Source of the DNA: an uncultured Elusimicrobia bacterium
Lineage (GTDB): Bacteria > Elusimicrobiota > Elusimicrobia > 2-02-FULL-39-32
Reading direction: 5' to 3'
Assembly (NCBI GenBank): GCA_964359975.1
Contig: CAYHWZ010000001.1
Coordinates: forward strand, 1-24,409
Length of the DNA: 24,409 nt
Positions 1 through 7,121 of the stretch are shown in pieces. A program made the translations under genes and the position numbers. The notes under the pieces were generated by a model. It was not told where the DNA came from and searched no databases. It saw only the letters and a program-made list of their open reading frames with translations. Within the stretch, counting starts at the first letter, position 1. Each line of letters opens with the position of its first letter.

Positions 1-1141
1 TGCCCATCAGCGCAGGCAAAATCGGCCGCAACGGAGCAAGACGCGGGTCATTTTCAAAATCTTCGATAAGGAGCGGTTCCTCGATGGACGCAACCGAACT
101 GTGCCCGTTGGCCCCAATCCCTGCGATAGGTATTTCCTGCGAAACCGCCATTTCAATTCCCTGAACATTGACGCAGTTCAGTCTGCCGCTTTCGTTGATC
201 AAAAACAGCGCGCCGCGTTCCATTTTGCCCACGCGCCGGAACACGTCCAGCACTTTTTTTTCAAGTATCGGCATTTCCAGCACGGAGGAAAGTTCCTGCG
301 CCGCCTGGTTCAGCGCATAGAGGTCAACGCGCATGCTTTCCAGATAACGGATGTTGGAAATGAGGTCCGCCTGCAGAGTTTCCGCGTTGGCTGGTTTCAT
401 GCCGAGTCCCATGGCCGGGCAGATTGTGAGAAAATCACAGCTCTTGCACACGTCGCCCGGAGTGGGGGCATACTTTTGTTCTTTGCGGATGGTTTCCACG
501 TGCCGGCTAATTTCACGTTCCACGGTCTGGATTTCTTCGGGAGTTTTTCTGATGGTGAGCTGCTCGTTGTCCATGAGGAAAAATATGGTCCCCTGCGACG
601 GCATGAACCGCAATTTTTTCCAGCAGGCCAGAAAGTAGAGCGCCATCTGGAAATCGTAGTCCTCTTTCTCAATGCCCGGATGCGATTTGGCGACTTTGTA
701 GTGAATGACTTCGTGGCTGCCGTCGGGCAATTTGTCGATGCGGTCTATGCGTCCGGTCAGATTAAATCCCGGCAGCGCGATGCGGAAAAATTCTTCGATG
801 AATTCAGCTTCGCCTTTGCGGTCATTGGAATTGAGAAAGTTGGATACCGCGGCCATGGCCTGCGACTTGTAGCTGGCTTCTTCTTCCTGTGAATCGTATC
901 CGGTGGAAATCCAGTTTTCCCTGAGCAGCGACTGGAGTTTTGCGAGCGAACGCTCGGCGGGTTCTTTGACGGAATAAAATTTGCTGAGAGACTGATGGAG
1001 GGACCGTCCGACGGAAAAATAGGCGCGTTCGCGCTGATAGAGCGCGGCCAGGCGGTCAACATATTTAAATTTATATTTCTGCGGACAGTCCAGAAATGTT
1101 CGCAGTGAGGTGTAGCTGACGGATATTTCCAGCGGACTCAC
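1..1141 (-). CDS. PD-(D/E)XK (RecB/AddB/Cas4-like, 4-Cys Fe-S) nuclease-domain protein fused to a GAF domain; 3' end lies outside the window
   Basis: Hand translation from GTG at 1141 (RBS AAGGGG upstream) is open for 380 codons to the window edge: MSPLEISVSYTSLRTFLDCPQKYKFKY...GRSLH...LTGRIDRIDKLPDGSHEVIHYK...FQMALY...CKSCDFLTICP, then LYALNQAAQELSSVLEM...ERGALFLINESG...PLLIEDFENDPRL (GAF-like). The listed + ORF 101..892 is its exact antisense shadow. Confidence 0.85.
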   Translation of the reverse strand, partial: MSPLEISVSYTSLRTFLDCPQKYKFKYVDRLAALYQRERAYFSVGRSLHQSLSKFYSVKEPAERSLAKLQSLLRENWISTGYDSQEEEASYKSQAMAAVSNFLNSNDRKGEAEFIEEFFRIALPGFNLTGRIDRIDKLPDGSHEVIHYKVAKSHPGIEKEDYDFQMALYFLACWKKLRFMPSQGTIFFLMDNEQLTIRKTPEEIQTVEREISRHVETIRKEQKYAPTPGDVCKSCDFLTICPAMGLGMKPANAETLQADLISNIRYLESMRVDLYALNQAAQELSSVLEMPILEKKVLDVFRRVGKMERGALFLINESGRLNCVNVQGIEMAVSQEIPIAGIGANGHSSVASIEEPLLIEDFENDPRLAPLRPILPALMG

Positions 1142-1158
1142 ATTTTCCCCTTACTAAC

Positions 1159-1187
1159 TTTATACCAAATGGCGAAACCGCGCGCAA
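1159..1187 (-). promoter_or_regulatory. sigma70-type promoter for the nuclease-GAF gene
   Basis: Minus strand TTGCGC-17 bp-TATAAA with TG extension, 17 bp upstream of the GTG. Confidence 0.55.
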
Positions 1188-1339
1188 TAGCACGGGCTCC
1201 CCCGTCCTGTTGATTCATTTTCGGGGATATTGGATAATAGGAGATAGTGAATAATCGTGTAAGAACTACGCAGTCGGACACACACCACTGATATCTCTAA
1301 CTTTGAAATGTTTTTGGCAGTGAAAATAGTTAGAAAATT

Positions 1340-1364
1340 AAAAAGTCAAGAGCGGCACCGTTTC
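1340..1364 (+). repeat. Left island-boundary repeat (copy A)
   Basis: AAAAAGTCAAGAGCGGCACCGTTTC; 23/25 identical to the reverse complement of 4573-4597. Confidence 0.85.
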
Positions 1365-1511
1365 TATATCGCCGAACAGAACAAGAAAGGCAAAAAGTTG
1401 TAGGGCGGAATTGTACTTAAAGAAAAGAATAGTTGGCGCTATCACGATGGGGCGAAATATGAATACAATCCAAACAAACTGAAAGATTGGAAGTTTCTGG
1501 ATTTGAACTAA
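1365..1511 (+). pseudogene. Truncated C-terminal remnant resembling a type III restriction (Res-like) subunit, with an internal TAG
   Basis: Reads YIAEQNKKGKKL*GGIVLKEKNSWRYHDGAKYEYNPNKLKDWKFLDLN* (TAG at 1401-1403). It begins right at repeat A and ends 4 nt before the Shedu ATG. The family call is from recalled resemblance only. Confidence 0.45.
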
Positions 1512-1515
1512 ATTT

Positions 1516-2547
1516 ATGGCAACGATTAAGAAAACTGACGGCGGAATAGAGTATCTATTTGGATTACTGAAAGAAAAAACAAAGACAGTCACTCGTGCCG
1601 CTTTTTGGAAAATCCCCCACAAAAACAGCCAGCATGAGGATATTTGTCTCAAGATCGGCAGATATAACAAAAACGGTTTTGCACCCGAAACACTTGAAAA
1701 TACAAATCCAAAAAGCGAGCTTACCTCAGACAATGAGGAGTTTCAAAAATTGCTTGAGTTTTTGTCGGATAACTACGAGCCGTTTAAGAAAGGGGTCAAG
1801 AAATATATCCCGCTCAATGAGAAGTTTGACCAAAAGAGAATTGAACATCTGAAAGCAATTTTTGATAATCCTGACAAGCAAACAGTTTTAGACTTCATAG
1901 CAAAGAACAACATATTGCCCGATGACTTGATTGCAGGATTGCAAAATCAAGCGCGAATGAACTCTGTTCGGGAATTTAAAACCATGCTCGACCAAAATTT
2001 AGTTGAGCAGAAATGGCAAGAATGGTTAAAGCAGAATGATTGGGTACTCGGAAGCGAGTTTGTGAGGATTTTGGACGAGCGGGAAATAGATACTGCAAAC
2101 ATTACAGATTATTTAATGCAAGCGTATGACGGCTTTCTTGATATTGTTGAGATAAAGCGACCAGATGGAAGTTTGCGATTTTGGGCCGATGGTCAAGATC
2201 ATGGAAACTATGTGCCATCTTCTGATCTGACGAAAGCCGTCACGCAGGCGACTAAATATATTTACGAAGTTGAGCGAGAAGCAAACAGCGTAAAATTTTT
2301 GGAACGGGTCGGCAATGTCAAAACTATAAAACCACGCTGTATTTTGATTTATGGAAGATCGAATGATTGGAATGACGAACAAAAAGAAGCATATCGTATT
2401 TTGAACTCCAGCTATCATAATTTAGCGATAATGACTTACGACCATGTTTTGGCGCGAGCCAAACGTATTTTGGGAATTGACGAGTCAGAAGAAATAAATC
2501 AAAATACAGACGCAGAAGAAATGAACATTGCCGATATTCCATTTTAG
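1516..2547 (+). CDS. sduA: Shedu anti-phage nuclease (DUF4263 C-terminal domain)
   Basis: E.KWQEWLKQNDWVLG, TDYLM..YDGFLDIVEIKRP (PD-(D/E)XK core), AVTQATKY, ILIYGRS and IMTYDHVLARA motifs typical of DUF4263/Shedu; variable N-terminal domain. Confidence 0.85.
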   Translation: MATIKKTDGGIEYLFGLLKEKTKTVTRAAFWKIPHKNSQHEDICLKIGRYNKNGFAPETLENTNPKSELTSDNEEFQKLLEFLSDNYEPFKKGVKKYIPLNEKFDQKRIEHLKAIFDNPDKQTVLDFIAKNNILPDDLIAGLQNQARMNSVREFKTMLDQNLVEQKWQEWLKQNDWVLGSEFVRILDEREIDTANITDYLMQAYDGFLDIVEIKRPDGSLRFWADGQDHGNYVPSSDLTKAVTQATKYIYEVEREANSVKFLERVGNVKTIKPRCILIYGRSNDWNDEQKEAYRILNSSYHNLAIMTYDHVLARAKRILGIDESEEINQNTDAEEMNIADIPF

Positions 2548-2635
2548 GTCCGTCAAAAATTCCGTCCGTCCAAGCGAGGGCATAGCGGAGGGGGGGGCTG
2601 CCATGCCCGAGCGAAATTAAATTGTGAACAGCCCC

Positions 2636-2768
2636 GCCGTTCTGCTCGAAGAAGCAGGAGACCACAGAAAAATACTCTTTTTATTAGAAAAAAAGAAATC
2701 CGGCACGCGCAAAATGAAAAAGGCAAAGAGTATTTTTCTGTGGTGATGCGAGCAGAGCGAGTAACGGC
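2636..2768. repeat. Long nested imperfect palindrome in the intergenic spacer
   Basis: Perfect 20-bp IR ACCACAGAAAAATACTCTTT (2661-2680)/AAAGAGTATTTTTCTGTGGT (2725-2744), plus outer pairs TCTGCTCG (2641-2648)/CGAGCAGA (2749-2756) and GCCGT (2636-2640)/ACGGC (2764-2768). Confidence 0.85.
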
Positions 2769-2788
2769 AGCAAATAGGGAGGTTCAAA

Positions 2789-3619
2789 ATGATGCTAGTT
2801 AAAATATTACTTATAGCAATTTGCATTCAAGTCATACAAAGCACAGATTTAGTTATTCTTGCTTTTGATAATAGACCAGCCAAAAACCTATCTAAAGACA
2901 AAGAAGATGAAGTAGGCCAAAAGGAATTTGAGCAAATGAAAAAGAATAAACCCAAAGATTATCAGCAACTTGTCATGTCAATACAAGCTGTCCTTGGCAG
3001 ACTTGGTTATGGAACCGGTCCGTTTACAGGGATTATGGATGAAAAAACCAGAACAGCCATACAGAAGTATCAATCAAATGCTGGCTTAAAGCAATCCGAA
3101 GATTTGGATTATTTAACATTTAAGAAACTTATGGATGACATGGAAGCAACGGAAGCCCTCCCTGTTGGCCTTCCTTCTCTGTCCGTTTATGTTGATATGT
3201 GGAATGATTTTGCATCGGCTCAAGGTACATGGGTTATATCAAATGAAAAACAAGCTTTCCCATTGCAAACAACTAAGATAACTTGTTATCGTGAATCTAA
3301 CTCTTGCATTGAAACAACCGCAGTGATCATGCTTGGGAAGTCTCTAACTCTCGACTCTAATTTTATAGGTGTTGAAAGATGGGATAATTTTGAAATTGTT
3401 ACAAAACCGTATGATTATCTGTGTACACGTTATGTTATTCGAATTAATAAAGCTCAAAAAACCGTGACGGCAATACGATCCACTTTAAATTCAAAAGAGG
3501 TTTGCGAGGGCGTGGAAGGCAAGGAAATGCATCTCACATTAAGTGACGGATTTAAGGTCTGGTGGGAATTAGAGGAAACGCGAAGGGCAGTTATGAAAAA
3601 GGTGCTGCTGATTGATTAA
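2789..3619 (+). CDS. Secreted protein with a peptidoglycan-binding (PG_binding_1-like) domain and an unknown Cys-containing C-terminal domain
   Basis: Hydrophobic N-terminus; IQAVLGRLGYGTGPFTGIMDEKTRTAIQKYQSNAGL matches the PG-binding consensus; RBS GGGAGG. Confidence 0.8.
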   Translation: MMLVKILLIAICIQVIQSTDLVILAFDNRPAKNLSKDKEDEVGQKEFEQMKKNKPKDYQQLVMSIQAVLGRLGYGTGPFTGIMDEKTRTAIQKYQSNAGLKQSEDLDYLTFKKLMDDMEATEALPVGLPSLSVYVDMWNDFASAQGTWVISNEKQAFPLQTTKITCYRESNSCIETTAVIMLGKSLTLDSNFIGVERWDNFEIVTKPYDYLCTRYVIRINKAQKTVTAIRSTLNSKEVCEGVEGKEMHLTLSDGFKVWWELEETRRAVMKKVLLID

Positions 3620-3637
3620 TTCACATGACAACAGTCT

Positions 3638-3664
3638 GTGCCGCTTTTAAATTTTTGATTTTTT
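3638..3664 (-). repeat. Degenerate third copy (C) of the island-boundary motif
   Basis: GTGCCGCTTTTAAATTTTTGATTTTTT vs GTGCCGCTCCTGACTTTTTGACTTTTC (4579-4605): 21/27 identical, same orientation as copy B, 18 bp after the stop of the PG-binding gene. Confidence 0.6.
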
Positions 3665-3682
3665 ACACAATTCCACAGCGTA

Positions 3683-3790
3683 TCACCTGATATTCCTCCG
3701 CGTCAGTTCCACCAGCGGTTTGAAATCCTCGTGGTCGGTTTCGCGGAAGGATTTCAAGTAACTGCCGCGCAATTCCCATGGTCGATAAAT
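3683..3790 (-). pseudogene. Possible C-terminal remnant of a Fic-family (mobile mystery protein B-like) gene
   Basis: ELRGSYLKSFRETDHEDFKPLVELTRR resembles the Fic/MMP-B C-terminal helix pattern (ELR..YI.AL..AD..D..PL..FAR); the upstream part of the ORF is not protein-like. Confidence 0.3.
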
Positions 3791-4033
3791 CCCGCACCGG
3801 ACCAAATCGGCCGCGCATGGACTGCGGGATGAACCTGAAACCTGTGTTGCTTGACTTTTGAGATATTCTCGACTTTTGCTTGTTTTCGTGAGTCTTAGCG
3901 CGAAGCTAATTGACACCATATGTTTTGAATATGGTGAGTAATCCTTTTCGCTAATCACTGTCAATAACTAGGACTCTTGATTCGGCAGAAACCCGACAAA
4001 ACCCGCCGTGATTCTGAAGTTCCCAAAGTCGCC

Positions 4034-4062
4034 TTGACGCTCTCCGCCATTTGGGGTATACT
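4034..4062 (+). promoter_or_regulatory. sigma70-type promoter of hicBA
   Basis: TTGACG-17 bp-TATACT. Confidence 0.75.
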
Positions 4063-4095
4063 TTACAAAATGGACGCTGAAAAGATGGAGGCACG

Positions 4096-4329
4096 ATGAA
4101 AGCAAAGCATCACCCGTATAAATTTACCGTAGTCATTGAGCAGGACGAGGACGGCGTATTCGTTGCGTCCTGCCCGGCGCTTCAAGGTTGTTACACTCAA
4201 GGCCGCACCTACAAAGAATCCGTCAAAAATATCCGCGACGCAATCAAACTCCATCTGGAAGCCAGAAAAAAAGTGGGCGAGTTCCTGCCGCACGAAGTAG
4301 GAGTTGAAAAAGTACTCGTATCCGCTTAA
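4096..4329 (+). CDS. hicB: HicB-family antitoxin (short, no DNA-binding tail)
   Basis: FTVVIEQDEDGVFVASCPALQGCYTQGRTYKESVKNIRDAIKLHLE; RBS GGAGG. Confidence 0.92.
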   Translation: MKAKHHPYKFTVVIEQDEDGVFVASCPALQGCYTQGRTYKESVKNIRDAIKLHLEARKKVGEFLPHEVGVEKVLVSA

Positions 4330-4335
4330 CCGCTT

Positions 4336-4560
4336 GTGGGAGAACGTCTTTCACCCGCAAGTCCGAAGGAGATTGTCCGCGTCATCCACCGCTTGGGATT
4401 CAGACTCATCCGGCAGAGCGGCAGCCACGCTATATACAAACACGCTGACGGCAGATGGACGACAATCCCGATGCACGCTGGCGACATAGGCAAAGGACTC
4501 CTGCGAAAAATCATCAACGATTTGGATCTGACCGTCGAAGAATTTAACAAAATGAGGTGA
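4336..4560 (+). CDS. hicA: HicA-family mRNA interferase toxin
   Basis: LGFRLIRQSGSHAIYKHADGRWTTIPMHAGDIGKGLLRKI, with the GSH catalytic motif. Confidence 0.92.
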   Translation: MGERLSPASPKEIVRVIHRLGFRLIRQSGSHAIYKHADGRWTTIPMHAGDIGKGLLRKIINDLDLTVEEFNKMR

Positions 4561-4572
4561 ACTCGAAGACCG

Positions 4573-4597
4573 GAAACCGTGCCGCTCCTGACTTTTT
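4573..4597 (-). repeat. Right island-boundary repeat (copy B)
   Basis: GAAACCGTGCCGCTCCTGACTTTTT; inverted partner of 1340-1364; 12 bp after the hicA stop. Confidence 0.85.
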
Positions 4598-4771
4598 GAC
4601 TTTTCAGAATACCTCAGCTCTTATCAGATTTTGACAACCTAAAATTGGAACCAACAACTGCGTAGTTGTTTTGAATCCCGATACATTCACTCGTCTGACC
4701 ACTTGGCAAAAACATCATCCACGCAACGCATTTGATTGCGCGGAACGCATTTTGTATCGTAGATAATACAC

Positions 4772-6913
4772 ATGAAAACGCAAAGTTCTGCAAGCCGTTC
4801 CGCGGCCGCGGCAGTGCTCCTTGTCTGGACCGCGTTTGTGCTGGCTCTCCAGATTCATTGGCTCCGCACTGACACCCGCCCGCCTTCGTGGGACGAGTCG
4901 CACCACCTCCGCCTGTCCGCGCAATATACGGACGAATTTCTTTCCGGGAAATGGGGCCGCATTTTTGAGGAACACTATTTCAATTATCCGCCGCTCTACC
5001 ATTGGACTCTTGCTCCTGTCCTCAAAGTCATGCGCGGCGAATCAGACGCGGCCGGAGCGCTCAATTGTCTGTATCTGCTCCTGCTCATCAGTTCGGTTTT
5101 TTTCACGATAAAATATCTCTGCGATGATGACCCCAATCCGTGGCCGCCGGTCATCGGCGCAGTGATTGTCTCGTCGTATCCGTTCCTTTTCTATATCGGA
5201 CATTTCCCGCTTCTCGACCTGCCGCTGACCGCGTGGACTGCGTTTGGTGTGCTGTGTCTGGCAAGGTGCAACGGGTTCTGCGATAGGCCCTGGTCTGTTC
5301 TGCTCGGTGTTGCATGGGCGTGCGGCAGTATGACCAAGTGGACTTATTTTTCATATATGCTTTTCCCGACGGTGTGGCTTGGGGTGAAATCTTTTCCGCG
5401 GGAAAAACGGAACATCCTGCTTTTTATCTGCACCGCGCTCGTCCTGCTCCTGCCGTGGTATTATCCCAACTATATTTTTGTAATCAGACGGATGCTGATT
5501 TCGAGCGGGTCAGGAGCAATGGAGGGCGACCCGTCTATTTTCCGGCCGGAATCGTGGCTGTGGTACGCGCGCCATTTTCCGATTGAAATGGGATGGTGGG
5601 GTACGGTACTGGCCTGCGCCGGTCTGGTCATCGCCATACGCGACCGCAGATGGGGGGTGCTGGTCGGATGTGTTCTGTTTCCGTACATGTTCTGGAGTTT
5701 GACGAGGAACAAGGATTTGCGTTATATAATGCCGATACTTCCGTCGGTGGCAATATTGAGCGCGCTGGTTTTCCGGCATGTCAAAACGCGCTGGATTGTT
5801 GTATGCGTGATGATATGCGGTGCGCAGTTGGGCTGGTCCGCGCTCGCGCCCATGGGTTCGCGGGGCCCGTCAGCCGCCGGTCACACTTTCCGCCTGTTGG
5901 GAGAGTACGGCGCGTATCCTCCGGTCCGCGAAGACTGGCGCCAAAAAGAAATCCTCGACCGCGTGCTCCAACTTAAAAATCCGGAACGGGACTGGTGCAT
6001 TCTGCGCACGCTCTCGTGGGAACCTTTCCTCAGCAATCTTTCTCTGCGCTATGCGTGCGTGCAATACGGCTGGTACGGACAGATTAAACCGCTCAATTCA
6101 GACTATTCCGAAAAGTTCGCGTTCACTGATTTTATTCTCGACCACACAGATGGCGCAATGGACCGTCAAAGTCAGGACCTGATTAAAAATTCCAAATGGT
6201 TCAAAAAAGTTTTTGAACTGGAAACCGAGTGGCCCATGCCTCCGGGCGCGGGCAAAGCCAGTCTGTATAAACTTGCGCCTCAGATAGTGAATGGTTTCAG
6301 TGCGGAAAAATTAAGGCGCCGTCTGGCAAATACGCCGCTGAACCCTGACTTGAAATTGGGCAAGGTGCGTTTTGATTTTGTCCCAGACCGAGGAGCGCAG
6401 GCGGAAACGGGGCTGTTTGACAAAATTTCCGTGCGTGTGGACGGCGCCGAGTTCCGCGGGTTTCCGCTGGGCAGTCTGGCTGCGGAACTGGAACAAATCC
6501 AGCTGAACCTGCCGCTACTGGATGAGACCGGTGAATTGCAGGTGCTGAGCATGGGACGTCTCACTCCGCATGTGAAGGTGGACGCGGACAAACTGCGCGG
6601 TTTTCTCATGAATCAGGCCGGAAAATATTTGACGGACGCGAAAATCGTGCTGGACAATAACCGTGTGAAAATCGACTGTATGTCGCGTTACGGTTTAAGC
6701 GCGGGCGTGACTGTGGGGCTGGAATTGAACAGAGAAGAAGGTTATATTTTTCAGCGGATTGAGCGGATTAAAATTGGATGGTTCCGCGTGCCGAGATTTC
6801 TCTACAAACATTTTGCGGACCGCAGGCATTCGCTGCTGTCCGGACCGGGCATGCCGTTCGATCTGAATATCCGCAGTCTTGAACTGCAGGGGAATGTACT
6901 GAAAATCAACTGA
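4772..6913 (+). CDS. GT-C fold membrane glycosyltransferase (ArnT/PMT_2-like) with an extended C-terminal soluble domain
   Basis: PPSWDESHH and YFNYPPLYHW loop motifs, LLDLPLTAW, GSMTKWTY, about 10-12 TM segments; beta-rich C-terminal ~230 aa. Confidence 0.85.
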   Translation: MKTQSSASRSAAAAVLLVWTAFVLALQIHWLRTDTRPPSWDESHHLRLSAQYTDEFLSGKWGRIFEEHYFNYPPLYHWTLAPVLKVMRGESDAAGALNCLYLLLLISSVFFTIKYLCDDDPNPWPPVIGAVIVSSYPFLFYIGHFPLLDLPLTAWTAFGVLCLARCNGFCDRPWSVLLGVAWACGSMTKWTYFSYMLFPTVWLGVKSFPREKRNILLFICTALVLLLPWYYPNYIFVIRRMLISSGSGAMEGDPSIFRPESWLWYARHFPIEMGWWGTVLACAGLVIAIRDRRWGVLVGCVLFPYMFWSLTRNKDLRYIMPILPSVAILSALVFRHVKTRWIVVCVMICGAQLGWSALAPMGSRGPSAAGHTFRLLGEYGAYPPVREDWRQKEILDRVLQLKNPERDWCILRTLSWEPFLSNLSLRYACVQYGWYGQIKPLNSDYSEKFAFTDFILDHTDGAMDRQSQDLIKNSKWFKKVFELETEWPMPPGAGKASLYKLAPQIVNGFSAEKLRRRLANTPLNPDLKLGKVRFDFVPDRGAQAETGLFDKISVRVDGAEFRGFPLGSLAAELEQIQLNLPLLDETGELQVLSMGRLTPHVKVDADKLRGFLMNQAGKYLTDAKIVLDNNRVKIDCMSRYGLSAGVTVGLELNREEGYIFQRIERIKIGWFRVPRFLYKHFADRRHSLLSGPGMPFDLNIRSLELQGNVLKIN

Positions 6914-6980
6914 AATATTCGGGTTAACGATAATGCGGTTTAGTTAGCCAATTTGATATAAAAACTCAAGTATTTTGTGT

Positions 6981-7080
6981 CGTCATTCCCGCGAAAGCGG
7001 GAATCCAGAGAGATACAGAGTTTGAAACTTTCCTCGAAGGCCACTTTAAAGACTGGATTCCCGCTTTCGCGGGAATGACG
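6981..7080. repeat. REP-like doublet (perfect 28-bp inverted repeat, each arm itself palindromic)
   Basis: CGTCATTCCCGCGAAAGCGGGAATCCAG (6981-7008) and CTGGATTCCCGCTTTCGCGGGAATGACG (7053-7080), between convergent genes. Confidence 0.92.
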
Positions 7081-7121
7081 CATTCTCGACGGAAATTGCT
7101 CTTATCAAAACCGTATTCGTG

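Noticed and set aside
101-892. 263-aa plus-strand ORF as a real gene
   Set aside because: It is the codon-for-codon antisense of the nuclease-GAF gene, has no motifs and has shadow-ORF composition.
1-1141. CRISPR-Cas locus suggested by the Cas4-like domain
   Set aside because: No repeat-spacer array and no other cas genes; the domain is fused to GAF.
2636-2768. Canonical integron attC site
   Set aside because: The arms are not bounded by RYYYAAC/GTTRRRY and no integrase is present; kept only as an unassigned palindrome.
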